NCBI GenBank assembly: GCA_963666415.2
Contig: CAXXPD010000003.1
Span: 1,501,907-1,565,906 of the forward strand
Length of the DNA: 64,000 bases
Direction of reading: 5' to 3'
Source of the DNA: Dehalococcoidia bacterium
GTDB taxonomy: Bacteria > Chloroflexota > Dehalococcoidia > Lucifugimonadales > UBA3495
Positions within the stretch are counted from its first letter, which is position 1. Each line of letters begins with the position of its first letter. A program made the translations under genes and the position numbers. Below are positions 9,238 to 19,002 of the stretch, piece after piece. The notes under the pieces are model-generated. The model made no database searches. It was given only the letters and a program-made list of their open reading frames with translations, and had not been told where the DNA came from.

Positions 9238-10471
9238 AGCGTTGGATTCCCCCTTTCACGTAGCCTTCTGAATCGGTTAGATTGAGCAGTTTTTCGCGTA
9301 GCGCTGCCGGAAGCGGCCATTGCGACCCGCCGGCAAAGTATTCGGGATACACCGGTAGCCTGGGACGTAACTCATACCCGGCTGCCGCTGTGCGTCGTTC
9401 CAGTTCGGCCAGTTGCGGCCACGGCGCCTCCGGATTTACGTAGTCGATGGTCAGCGGCGACACACCGCCCCAGTCGTTGATTCCGGCAGCGATGTATCGT
9501 TCGTAGTTCTCGCTGAGATTGGGCGGCACCTGCAGATTCACACCGGCGCCGAGTATCAGCCGGGCGACGGCGGTCGTCCACAGCAACTCGAGCGGAGGTG
9601 CGTCGGCCACGCCAGCCATGGGTGTGTCGGCTTTGGCGCGGAAGTTTTGTATGATTACTTCCTGTATGTGCCCGAACCGATCGTGCAAATCGCGAATCGC
9701 GAGTAGCGAGTCAATGCGCTCCGTGCGGGTTTCACCAATGCCGATCAGGATGCCGGTCGTGAACGGGATGCCCAATTCGCCGGCCAGTTCGATGGTGCGA
9801 AGACGCACCCGGGGTCGTTTGCTGGGTGCAAATTCGTGCGGGCCGCCACTCTCGTAGAGGCGGGGGCTCACGCTTTCCAGCATGATGCCTACCGACGGAT
9901 TGCTCGGTTGCAATGCCTGCAATTCCCGCCGACTCATCGTGCCCGGGTTGCCGTGGGGCAGCAGTTCGGTTTCTTCAAACACGCGCTGGCACATGGTGGT
10001 GAGGTAACCCAGAGTGGTGCGGTAGCCGTGGGCACGCAGCCAGTCCTGCGCCTCGGGGTAGCGCTGTTCGGGTCGCTCGCCCAACGTGAACAGGGCTTCG
10101 GTGCATCCGAGACGCTGGCCTGCTTTCGCTACCGTCAAAACCTCGTCCTCGGAGAGATACAGGTTGTCCGCTTCTGCCGGCGCTTGCCGGAAGGTACAGT
10201 AACCGCAGAAATCGCGGCACAACCGAGTCAGAGGGATGAATACCTTGGGTGAGAAAGTGATGATTCGGCCCTTGCCACGGTCGCGAAGTTCAGCTGCCGC
10301 CAGGCACAAATCCCCAATGGCTTCGTCGTCGGCTGCAATCAGTCGGTGCGCTTCTGAATCGGACAAGCGCAATCCACCGGCGGTGCGTTCAAATAAACCA
10401 ACGGGAATAGCGTTTCCCTGCATCGCAACCGGGGGACTCATTGATTGTTTCCTGGACACAGCATAAATCAA
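9221..10471 (-). CDS. cofG: FO synthase subunit 1 (radical SAM)
   Basis: KVFIPLTRLCRDFCGYCTF matches the N-terminal (CofG) half of FbiC. The true start may be the internal ATG at 10441, which has an AGGAAA RBS. Confidence 0.9.
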   Translation of the reverse strand: MIYAVSRKQSMSPPVAMQGNAIPVGLFERTAGGLRLSDSEAHRLIAADDEAIGDLCLAAAELRDRGKGRIITFSPKVFIPLTRLCRDFCGYCTFRQAPAEADNLYLSEDEVLTVAKAGQRLGCTEALFTLGERPEQRYPEAQDWLRAHGYRTTLGYLTTMCQRVFEETELLPHGNPGTMSRRELQALQPSNPSVGIMLESVSPRLYESGGPHEFAPSKRPRVRLRTIELAGELGIPFTTGILIGIGETRTERIDSLLAIRDLHDRFGHIQEVIIQNFRAKADTPMAGVADAPPLELLWTTAVARLILGAGVNLQVPPNLSENYERYIAAGINDWGGVSPLTIDYVNPEAPWPQLAELERRTAAAGYELRPRLPVYPEYFAGGSQWPLPAALREKLLNLTDSEGYVKGGIQRYAGIQ

Positions 10472-10573
10472 CTCAAACCATTGTATTCAGATGGTAGCCA
10501 GTATTCAAGGCTGGGTGAGAGCCGTCTGCATCGTGAGCGTATGTTATGTTAAGCAACGCCATAAATCAACGCG

Positions 10574-10625
10574 ATGCGGATGGCGATTGTGTTACGTTAT
10601 GTAATCACGCCACCCCCCCCCGCAT
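10574..10625 (-). terminator. Long imperfect hairpin downstream of ruvB containing a C9/G9 tract
   Basis: ATGCGG (10574-10579) pairs with CCGCAT (10620-10625), with inner TGGCGATT/AATCACGCCA arms. C9 run at 10613-10621. Confidence 0.3.
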
Positions 10626-10653
10626 AGAGCCGGGGCGCTAACCTGGGTAATAC

Positions 10654-11742
10654 TTAATCGAACAGTTGAGCCTGTTTCCTGGGGTCGCTTGTAGATCCCG
10701 CCCAGGGCCATCCCAAGTATTCGTAGGCCAACCGGGTGGCTACCCGGCCCCGGGGGGTTCGCTCCAGGAAGCCCTGTTGCAGCAGGAACGGTTCCAGCAC
10801 TTCCATTACCGTGCTGGTGTCTTCGCTGAGCGATGCGGCCAGCGTGTCCAGGCCCACCGGCCCGCCGTTGAATTTGTCGATGATGTTGGTGAGCAGGCGG
10901 TGGTCGGTTTCATCCAGTCCCCTGGAATCCACGCCCAGACGATCCAGAGAATCGCGGGCCACCGGGCCGGTGATGCGGTTATCAGCTTTGACCAGGGCGT
11001 AGTCGCGGGCGCGGCGCAGCAGCCGGTTCGCGATGCGGGGTGTGCCACGTGACCGGACGGCGACTTCGTGCAATCCATCTGCATCAGCATCGATGCCCAT
11101 GATGCTGGAGGACCGGTTCACCACCGTTTCCATGTCCTCGTCATTATAGTAATCAAGCCGAAATACCGAACCGAACCGGTCGCGCAGCGGAGCGCTGATG
11201 AGGGAATACCTGGTGGTGGCGCCCACCAGGGTAAATGGATTGATTCTAAGATTAATGTTCCGCGCCGATAGCCCTTTTCCGACCACCCACGACAGGAAAA
11301 AATCCTCCATCGCGGAGTACATCACCTCTTCCACTGCCCGATTGAGCCGGTGTATTTCGTCGATGAACAGCACGTCGTTGGGTTGCAGGCCGGTCAGGAT
11401 GGACGCAATATCGCTGGCGCGTTCCACCGCCGGGCCCGAAGTTACCTTGATGGCGGCTCCCATCTCGTTGGCAATGATATTGGCGAGAGTAGTTTTACCC
11501 AAACCGGGCGGGCCATAAATGACCACGTGATCCAGCGGCTCGCCGCGAATTCGAGAGGCTTCCATGGCGATGCTTAGGTTTTCGCGCACCGGAGCCTGAC
11601 CGACAAAGTCCTGCAACCGCGCCGGACGCAATCGCGTATCTTGCGGCTCGTCATCGCCCTGTGCTGCCGGGGACACCGACCTGGGTTCATCTTCGGTTGT
11701 TTGGTCTGGCCGGCCAGCTAACGTCATCGTTCCGCCCCGCAC
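10654..11742 (-). CDS. ruvB: Holliday junction branch migration ATPase RuvB
   Basis: GPPGLGKTT Walker A, FIDEIHRL, and the RuvB C-terminal winged-helix pattern. Confidence 0.95.
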   Translation of the reverse strand: MRGGTMTLAGRPDQTTEDEPRSVSPAAQGDDEPQDTRLRPARLQDFVGQAPVRENLSIAMEASRIRGEPLDHVVIYGPPGLGKTTLANIIANEMGAAIKVTSGPAVERASDIASILTGLQPNDVLFIDEIHRLNRAVEEVMYSAMEDFFLSWVVGKGLSARNINLRINPFTLVGATTRYSLISAPLRDRFGSVFRLDYYNDEDMETVVNRSSSIMGIDADADGLHEVAVRSRGTPRIANRLLRRARDYALVKADNRITGPVARDSLDRLGVDSRGLDETDHRLLTNIIDKFNGGPVGLDTLAASLSEDTSTVMEVLEPFLLQQGFLERTPRGRVATRLAYEYLGWPWAGSTSDPRKQAQLFD

Positions 11743-11840
11743 GGGCCGTCGGGCAAACCCCCGGCCCAGATAGTCGTCATTCTATGGCTGAATTTCGCAA
11801 GCGGTCAACCAAACATTGTCACTTCATTAGTGCCCACTAT

Positions 11841-11975
11841 GTCATTGCGAGCGTGGCGTGGCAATCCCGTCGCCGTAGGAACGGCGATTCGTCGACGCGT
11901 GTTCAGCCTCATCGAGATTGCCACGTCCCTCGACGGGCTCGGGATGAGCGGGTGCTCCTCGCAATGACAGATTAA
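11841..11975. repeat. Palindromic intergenic repeat (REP/MITE-like), copy A
   Basis: Terminal inverted repeat GTCATTGCGAG / CTCGCAATGAC plus an inner inverted repeat GTGGCAATC / GATTGCCAC. About 87% identical, without indels, to the reverse complement of 61150-61284. Confidence 0.8.
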
Positions 11976-12082
11976 TGCGCGTACGCGTGAGAATATTATC
12001 ACCGATCACGACAGTTCCGGAGTCGGGTTTCGAGTACCCTATGCTATACTCCCGGCACCGATTTTAACCACATGATGCGATT

Positions 12083-13759
12083 ATGACTGTGTCCAAAACT
12101 GTATTGAAAGGTTCCGATTTGCGCCAGGCCATGAACGGCGCCGTGTCGTACATGGAACTCTACCGCGACGCTGCCAACGCCCTCAACGTGTTCCCCGTAC
12201 CCGACGGCGACACCGGCACCAATATGCTGCTGACCCTGCGGGCTGGCATTGAACAGATGGAAAAAGACGTTGATGCAACCGATGCCTGTGATGTTGCGGA
12301 ATCCGTGGCCACGGGCGCATTTTGGGGCGCTCGGGGCAATAGTGGTGTAATCCTGTCGCAATTGCTGCGCGGATTTGCCGACGGCGTTGCCGGAGCAGCG
12401 GTTATCGAATCCTCCCGTGCGGTGGCTGCTTTTCGATCTGCGACTGATTCCGCCTACCACGCGGTGAGCCAGCCCCGGGAAGGGACCATGCTGTCCGTAA
12501 TTCGGGGCGCCTCGGATGCAGCCGTGGTCGCCAATGATGCCGGAGAGCGGGATGTAATCGCCCTCTGGCAAGTCGCCTACGACGGCGCTATTGCGGCGTT
12601 GGCGTACACCCCTGAGCAACTGCCGGTTCTGAAAGACGCCGGCGTGGTCGATTCTGGGGGACTGGGCGTGGTTGCCGTGATTGGCGGGGCGTTGCAGCAC
12701 CTGCGAGGGAACCACGGACCGCCGGTAGACCTGGGCCTGCGCAGTGTCGGCGGCATCATCGATCCGCATCAAACCGCGTCCGTGGCCATTGCCACTGATT
12801 TTCTGGACGCCCACGAGAGCGAAGAGTTTGGCTACTGCACCCAGTTCGTGATCCACGGCGAGGGTCTCAACGTGGACACTCTGCGTGCCGGCCTTGGCGA
12901 AATTGCCGAATCGACCGTTATTGTGGGTGGTGGGCAAGCCGTGCGCATTCACGTGCACACCGCCGACCCCGGATCGGCGCTGACCTACGGCGTGGCTTTT
13001 GGCGACATTGATGAAGTCAAGATTGACAATATGAGCCTGCAAAATCGGGACTGGACGGTTGGCCATCGGGAACGTTCGGCGCCGACTGAGATTCGCCCCG
13101 GGCTGTCGGTCATAGCGGTGGCCTCCGGCAAAGGCCTTGCCGAAATCTTCCAGGACGCGGGTTGCGCTGCAATAGTCCCCGGCGGTCAAACTCTGAACCC
13201 CAGCGCCATCGAGCTGATTGCCGCCGCCCGGCAAGCCGGCACCGAGGATGTCATCGTCCTGCCCAATAACGGCAACGTGATTCTGACCGCCAACCAGGCA
13301 ACTGGAGCCGATACCGGCGAGATCAATTTGCACGTGGTTGGCACAAAGTCGATGCCACAGGGCACGGCGGCGATGCTGGGCTTCAACCCCGAACTGTCGG
13401 TTGATCAGAACCTGGCTAACATGGAATCAGCCACCGCAGCAGTCGAAACACTGGAGGTTACGCAGGCAGTGCGCGAATCCATTGTTGACGGTCGGGCGGT
13501 CGAAAAAGGTCAGTATATGGGGATACTCGACGGAACTCTGGTTGCGTTGGCCGATTCAGCTGAAACGGCCCTCCTCGATGGGCTAAGCTATACCGAAGTG
13601 AACGAAGACAGCATCGTAACCATATACTGGGGTGAAGGCACTGACGCGGAAAAAAGCGCGCAGGTGCAGGAAATGCTGGAAACTTTACACGACGGCGTGC
13701 AGGTTGACGTGTTCGAGGGCGGCCAACCACACTATCCGTATCTGGCGTCGGTGGAGTAG
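12083..13759 (+). CDS. DAK2 domain fusion protein YloV
   Basis: VFPVPDGDTGTNM motif, 558 aa, and position upstream of degV and recG. Confidence 0.9.
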   Translation: MTVSKTVLKGSDLRQAMNGAVSYMELYRDAANALNVFPVPDGDTGTNMLLTLRAGIEQMEKDVDATDACDVAESVATGAFWGARGNSGVILSQLLRGFADGVAGAAVIESSRAVAAFRSATDSAYHAVSQPREGTMLSVIRGASDAAVVANDAGERDVIALWQVAYDGAIAALAYTPEQLPVLKDAGVVDSGGLGVVAVIGGALQHLRGNHGPPVDLGLRSVGGIIDPHQTASVAIATDFLDAHESEEFGYCTQFVIHGEGLNVDTLRAGLGEIAESTVIVGGGQAVRIHVHTADPGSALTYGVAFGDIDEVKIDNMSLQNRDWTVGHRERSAPTEIRPGLSVIAVASGKGLAEIFQDAGCAAIVPGGQTLNPSAIELIAAARQAGTEDVIVLPNNGNVILTANQATGADTGEINLHVVGTKSMPQGTAAMLGFNPELSVDQNLANMESATAAVETLEVTQAVRESIVDGRAVEKGQYMGILDGTLVALADSAETALLDGLSYTEVNEDSIVTIYWGEGTDAEKSAQVQEMLETLHDGVQVDVFEGGQPHYPYLASVE

Positions 13760-13765
13760 TTAATC

Positions 13766-14599
13766 GTGGCAATCAAGATTGTGTCTGACAGCACGGCCGA
13801 TATCCCGGCGGACCTGGCAGAACGCCTCGGCATTACCGTGGTCCCCGCCTACGTTCTCATTGATGACGTGGCTTATCGGGAAGGGGTTGACATCACTCGG
13901 GAAGATTTCTACGTCCGCCTGCAGGCGTCCCCACGACTTCCAACCACCTCGCAACCTACCGTATTGGACTTCACACAACACCTCGAACCGTTGGTTAACA
14001 ACGGAGATCAAGTTGTGTGCATCACGCTGTCCAAACAGTTGAGTGGCACCCACAATTCGGCGATTCAGGCCGCCGCCGCACTACCCGATGGCGCGGTTTC
14101 GGTTATCGACTCAAACACAGCCACCGCTGGGCATATGCTGCAAGTGGTCGCTGCCGCCGAAGACGCCGCCGCCGAAGACGCCACCGTGGAGTCGGTACTT
14201 TCAGCAGCTAATTCGCGTGCCTCGACAGGTTTCACCTATTGCGCCCTGGACACTCTCGAATACCTGCAAAAGGGCGGGCGCATCGGCAAGGCCCAGGCCT
14301 TCATGGGATCCCTCCTGAAGGTGAAACCAATCCTGAGAGTGTCGGGTGGTGAAGTGCTGCCGGTAGATCGCCCGCGCAATACGCGCCGAGCGATGCAACG
14401 GTTGGAAGAACTGGTGCGAAGCCACGGCCCGGCCTCCAGACTGGCGGTTGCGTATTCTACGGATCCAGAACTCGCCGAGACGCTGCGGGTCGCACTCAGC
14501 GATTTGGTATCAGCCGGTCAGAGTTATACAATTCAGATTGGATCTGCCATCGGGACGCACAGTGGACCGGGCGCCGTCGGCGTGGCAACATTGATGTAA
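13766..14599 (+). CDS. DegV family fatty-acid-binding protein
   Basis: IKIVSDSTADIP N-terminus and overall DegV pattern. Confidence 0.9.
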   Translation: MAIKIVSDSTADIPADLAERLGITVVPAYVLIDDVAYREGVDITREDFYVRLQASPRLPTTSQPTVLDFTQHLEPLVNNGDQVVCITLSKQLSGTHNSAIQAAAALPDGAVSVIDSNTATAGHMLQVVAAAEDAAAEDATVESVLSAANSRASTGFTYCALDTLEYLQKGGRIGKAQAFMGSLLKVKPILRVSGGEVLPVDRPRNTRRAMQRLEELVRSHGPASRLAVAYSTDPELAETLRVALSDLVSAGQSYTIQIGSAIGTHSGPGAVGVATLM

Positions 14600-14704
14600 C
14601 CGCAACGGCGGCATGCGTCACTACGAGAACCGCAGGTATGTGGCGTTGGTCAGTGCGTTCTGCACCAGCGCACCTGGCGACAACAGGCGCAATGGCTTCA
14701 TCTG

Positions 14705-17269
14705 ATGAATTCTGCCGGGTTTGAAAACGAACCTTTGTGGCGACAGGCGCTCCGGAAAATCCTGACACTGGAAGAGAGCAAGGGATTCGCCGACACCGCA
14801 GTTAGCGGTGGCATCCGTCGATTCGTTGACCGCTGGGAATCGGAGCTGCGCGGGTTTCTGGGCGATGACGCGGGGAAAACCGCGTATCTCGTCGATACTC
14901 TGTACCGCGACCTGACGCCCGACGAACGCCGCGCCTGGGTCGCCTATTGGCAGAAGGTGCTGGCCAACTCGACCACCAGCCCATTGGCGTCCACAGCCAG
15001 ATTGGACGGAATGGCTCCGGATGCTTCCGGGGTCACAAACGCTGCCGTAGTGCACACGCTGTTTCCCACCGAAGATGCGCGCCCGTTGGGGCGCGTGCAC
15101 CGGGCCAACTATGGACGCCCGGTTCCAGCCGCATCTCCGGGCAACCCTGATGAACTTGTCAGCAAAATCCGACGAATGGATCAGAAAACCGTGGGCCGGC
15201 TGGAACTCCTGGGCGTTGGTACCGTTCGCGACCTGTTGTACATGATGCCGCGACGACACGTTGACCGCTCCGAAATTACCAGCATTGCTGACGTGTATCC
15301 GGGCGGAACCTTTACTCTCGATGGAACCTTGGTAAACATCAGTCCCGCGAGAGTGGGCCCGCGCAACCTGCAACTGGCGCAGGGCGCCTTGCGGGACGAA
15401 ACCGGAACCATTGACCTGCAATGGTTCGGTCAGGGTTTCCTGGCGCGTTCGCTCCGCGCCGGGAGCCACATGACCGTTACCGGCAAAATCGAAACCTACC
15501 GCAACCGGCCGGTGATGCCTTCTCCGGAGTACGACGTAATCACCGAACGTCAGCCACCGGTCAACACCGCGCGCATCACGCCCGTTTATCGGCTAACCCA
15601 GGGGATGACCGCGCGCAACCTGCGGAGCCTGACCTGGCAAGCCATCGGGCAGTACGTCAATGGGTTGGAGGATTCCCTGACGGAGGATGTGCGACGTCGC
15701 ACGGGGCTGGTTCCGCTGCGCAACGCCATCACCGACCTGCACTATCCGGCAGACCTGGCCGCCGCCGAGGCTGGCCGGCGTCGCCTCGCATTCGATGAAA
15801 TCCTGGGATTCCAGCTCGCCGTAATAGGCCGTCGCCGGCACCGCGAGGAAAACGCCGTTGGCGTGCCGGTCAAATACGATCAGGCCACGGTGAACGGATT
15901 CCTGGCCGGTTTGCCATTCTCGCCCACCCATGCGCAAGAACGCTGCGTCGCAGAGACCCTGTCGGATATGGCACGGGGCACCCCACCGATGAGTCGACTG
16001 CTGCAAGGCGAAGTCGGCAGCGGGAAGACTCTGGTGGCGTTGGCGGCGGTGCTGGCGGTTGCATCTGCGCACCGGCAGTCGGCGCTAATGGCGCCCACCG
16101 AGGTGCTGGCCGAGCAACACTTTCGCACCGTGAACGAGTTGCTGCAGGACTTCGACCAACCGATGCAGCAAGACAACGTGCTATCAGTCTACCTGCCGCA
16201 GATGTCCGGACCGTTCACGGTTGGATTGTTGACCGGTAGCACCCGCGCGCGCCCCCGCCGCGAATTGCTGCGGATGGTGGCGGAAGGCAACATGGACCTG
16301 CTGATAGGCACGCAGGCGTTGATTCAGGACAGCGTTGACATTCCCAATCTGGCGCTGGCAGTCATGGACGAACAGCACCGTTTTGGCGTGGAGCAACGGT
16401 CCGCGCTGCGGAGCCAGGGCACAGAACAACCCCACTCCCTGATGATGTCGGCCACCCCGATTCCGCGGACGCTACAACTCACGCTCTACGGAGACCTTGA
16501 CGTGTCTACCATTGACGAGTTGCCGCCGGGTCGCCAGGAGATTTTGACTCGCATCGTGCCAGAAGACAAACGGACCGCAGCCTACGGGTTTGTACGACAG
16601 CAAATCAACGCCGGAAGACAGGCGTTCATAATTTGCCCGCTGGTGGAAGAATCGGACCGGCTGGACGTGCGCGCCGCCGTCGAAGAGCATAAACGATTGT
16701 CGACCGAGGTGTTCCCTGATCTCAAACTCGGGTTGCTGCACGGCAGGTTATCGTCCCGGGATAAAGACAAAAGTATGCGTCAGTTTCGAGACGGCGAGCT
16801 GGATATATTGGTGGCCACTGCGGTAGTTGAGGTCGGCATCGACGTGCCCAACGCTGCCGTGATGCTCATTGACGGGGCAGACCGGTTCGGACTGGCCCAG
16901 CTGCATCAGTTTCGCGGTCGCGTGGGTCGAGGCCAGCACAAGAGCTACTGCCTGCTGATGTCGGAGTCGGAGTCGGAACGAGCCAGGGAACGATTGACGG
17001 CGTTGGAATCCACGGGCGATGGTTTCAAATTGGCCGAGATTGACTTGCAGATGAGGCATGAAGGCGACATCTTCGGCACCTCGCAAAGTGGCGACCAGAC
17101 GGTCTTGCGCATCGCCAACCTGTTTGACCAGGATTTGATGGCGCTGGCCCGTCAGGAAGCCCTGGCGATCATGGATGCCGACCCCCGTCTGACCGACCCT
17201 ACTCACGCCGGTTTGGTAGCCGAACGCGACCGGTTCCTGACCCGGTTTCAACAGCACCTTGATGATTGA
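14705..17269 (+). CDS. recG: ATP-dependent DNA helicase RecG (with about 150-aa N-terminal extension)
   Basis: GEVGSGKT, DEQHRFG and QLHQFRGRVGRG motifs. Confidence 0.93.
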   Translation: MNSAGFENEPLWRQALRKILTLEESKGFADTAVSGGIRRFVDRWESELRGFLGDDAGKTAYLVDTLYRDLTPDERRAWVAYWQKVLANSTTSPLASTARLDGMAPDASGVTNAAVVHTLFPTEDARPLGRVHRANYGRPVPAASPGNPDELVSKIRRMDQKTVGRLELLGVGTVRDLLYMMPRRHVDRSEITSIADVYPGGTFTLDGTLVNISPARVGPRNLQLAQGALRDETGTIDLQWFGQGFLARSLRAGSHMTVTGKIETYRNRPVMPSPEYDVITERQPPVNTARITPVYRLTQGMTARNLRSLTWQAIGQYVNGLEDSLTEDVRRRTGLVPLRNAITDLHYPADLAAAEAGRRRLAFDEILGFQLAVIGRRRHREENAVGVPVKYDQATVNGFLAGLPFSPTHAQERCVAETLSDMARGTPPMSRLLQGEVGSGKTLVALAAVLAVASAHRQSALMAPTEVLAEQHFRTVNELLQDFDQPMQQDNVLSVYLPQMSGPFTVGLLTGSTRARPRRELLRMVAEGNMDLLIGTQALIQDSVDIPNLALAVMDEQHRFGVEQRSALRSQGTEQPHSLMMSATPIPRTLQLTLYGDLDVSTIDELPPGRQEILTRIVPEDKRTAAYGFVRQQINAGRQAFIICPLVEESDRLDVRAAVEEHKRLSTEVFPDLKLGLLHGRLSSRDKDKSMRQFRDGELDILVATAVVEVGIDVPNAAVMLIDGADRFGLAQLHQFRGRVGRGQHKSYCLLMSESESERARERLTALESTGDGFKLAEIDLQMRHEGDIFGTSQSGDQTVLRIANLFDQDLMALARQEALAIMDADPRLTDPTHAGLVAERDRFLTRFQQHLDD

Positions 17270-17303
17270 ACAAGACGCGGACTGGACTCCGGACGGCTGT
17301 TTG

Positions 17304-17978
17304 TCAAACTTCGGCGGCGATGTCCCGGAACCGGTACCCGACGTTCCAGATGGTCTCCACAAAAAGGTGGTCGGGGTCTTCAATCTTGGAACGCAGGCGT
17401 CGTATGTGGACATCGACGGTGCGGGTGCCGCCAAGGTAATCGTATCCCCACACCTGATTTAGCAGCGCTTCCCTGGTGTATACCCGGCCCGGGTTGGATG
17501 CGAGTAGCGTCAGCAACTGAAACTCTTTGTAAGTGAGCGAGACGCGACGGCCGGCCATGGAAACTTCGTAGCTTTGGAGGTCGATCGCCAACTCGCCAAC
17601 GCGGATCAGCGGTTCTCCGACCCGGCCGTTCTTGCGAAATACGATTTGCCCAACCCTTGCCAACAGCTCGGTCGAGTCCAGCGGCGTTAAGATGAAATCG
17701 TCCGCGTTGATCGCAGGATCATATTGCTCCAGCGACGACAACTCCAACAGCGCCAATGTAGGAATCTGTAGTTCCGTAACCTGCTCAATGACTGATCGGG
17801 CCCCGATGCCGACCGCTGCTAGATCCAGTATAACGACGTCAAGCTTCATGGCGTGGGCAACGTCGGCCAGTTCCATCATGTCGCTGCCCGCGCGGCAGGT
17901 CAATCCGGTCTGGTCGATTTGCTTGGCCAACGAAACCATGTTGTCGCCGGGGCGAGTCAACAGAAATACGCTATACAA
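17304..17978 (-). CDS. OmpR-family winged-helix regulator with degenerate receiver domain
   Basis: The C-terminal part (LTYKEFQLLTLL...VDVHIRRLRSKIE...VGYRF) is canonical OmpR/PhoB. The receiver keeps the LD site but lacks the DD pocket, the conserved T/S and the conserved K. Confidence 0.8.
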   Translation of the reverse strand: MYSVFLLTRPGDNMVSLAKQIDQTGLTCRAGSDMMELADVAHAMKLDVVILDLAAVGIGARSVIEQVTELQIPTLALLELSSLEQYDPAINADDFILTPLDSTELLARVGQIVFRKNGRVGEPLIRVGELAIDLQSYEVSMAGRRVSLTYKEFQLLTLLASNPGRVYTREALLNQVWGYDYLGGTRTVDVHIRRLRSKIEDPDHLFVETIWNVGYRFRDIAAEV

Positions 17979-18189
17979 GTCGGCAATCCTTACCGTGCTT
18001 CGCCACTATCCTCTCCAACGCCTACCGGTTTGCCCCCGGCGTCCAGTCGGCCAGGGCATTTGTCAAATTGACTACGCTAGGTTGCGTGTCTATCATGTGT
18101 CCAACAAAGCGTAATTTTAGCATACGGCGGCCGACGAACCTTCGCCCGTGTTGCCTGACCGTTCATTATCAGTCGCGTTTGAGGGGATT

Positions 18190-18987
18190 ATGTCTACCGC
18201 AACTTTGCTGCCCACGCAACCTGCCGGCATTCGCGGCGTCATCCGCGCCGGCGGGTACTCCGGCGTTACGGCCGGTCTGGCCAACGGGTATGTGCAGGCC
18301 AACCTCGCCGTCCTGCCCCGCGACCTGGCTTTTGATTTTCTGCTGTTTTGTCAGCGCAACCCCCGTCCCTGCCCACTGTTGGAAGTGATCGAGGCTGGGG
18401 AGATCGAACCTGCAATCATGGCTCCTGGCGCGGATATTCGGACCGACATACCCGCATATCGCATTTACGAAAATGGCGAAATGGCAGGAGAATACGCGTC
18501 GGTGGCCGACGTTTGGCGCGACGATCTCGTGTCGTTCCTGCTGGGCTGCAGTTTTTCCTTCGAGGCGGCAATGTCAGATGCGGGAATCCCGTTGCGCCAT
18601 CAGGAAGCCGGCAGCAACGTGCCGATGTACATCACCAACATCGCGACCAGACCGGCTGGCGTATTCTCCGGGCCGATGGTTGTGAGTATGCGGCCCATCC
18701 CCCAGGCACAGATCGTGCGTGCCGTACAGGTAACTTCGCGTTTCCCAGATACGCACGGCGCTCCCATTCACATTGGCGACCCGGCGGCCATTGGGATTCG
18801 AGACCTGGCTGCCCCTGAGTTCGGTGATGCAGTTGAAATACGGGACGGCGAGACCCCGGTGTTCTGGGCCTGCGGCGTTACTCCCCAGGCCGTGGCGCTG
18901 AATTGCAAACCGCCCCTGATGATTACCCATGCCCCGGGCAAAATGTTCATCACCGACCGGCGCGACGCCGAATACGCAGTTCTCTAA
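18190..18987 (+). CDS. DUF1445 / UPF0317 putative hydro-lyase (D-glutamate cyclase-like)
   Basis: [44 protein letters not shown] and [11 protein letters not shown] are family hallmarks. Start chosen at the ATG with a GAGGGG RBS; the ORF track starts at 18148. Confidence 0.85.
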   Translation: MSTATLLPTQPAGIRGVIRAGGYSGVTAGLANGYVQANLAVLPRDLAFDFLLFCQRNPRPCPLLEVIEAGEIEPAIMAPGADIRTDIPAYRIYENGEMAGEYASVADVWRDDLVSFLLGCSFSFEAAMSDAGIPLRHQEAGSNVPMYITNIATRPAGVFSGPMVVSMRPIPQAQIVRAVQVTSRFPDTHGAPIHIGDPAAIGIRDLAAPEFGDAVEIRDGETPVFWACGVTPQAVALNCKPPLMITHAPGKMFITDRRDAEYAVL

Positions 18988-19002
18988 ACGGGAGCAGCAG
19001 CG

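Noticed and set aside
11805-12002. Small ORFs 11805-12002(-) and 61201-61383(+), which share the peptide AISMRLNTRRR..TATGLPR.
   Set aside because: Their similarity comes from translating the two copies of the palindromic repeat. They have no RBS and sit in the repeat itself.
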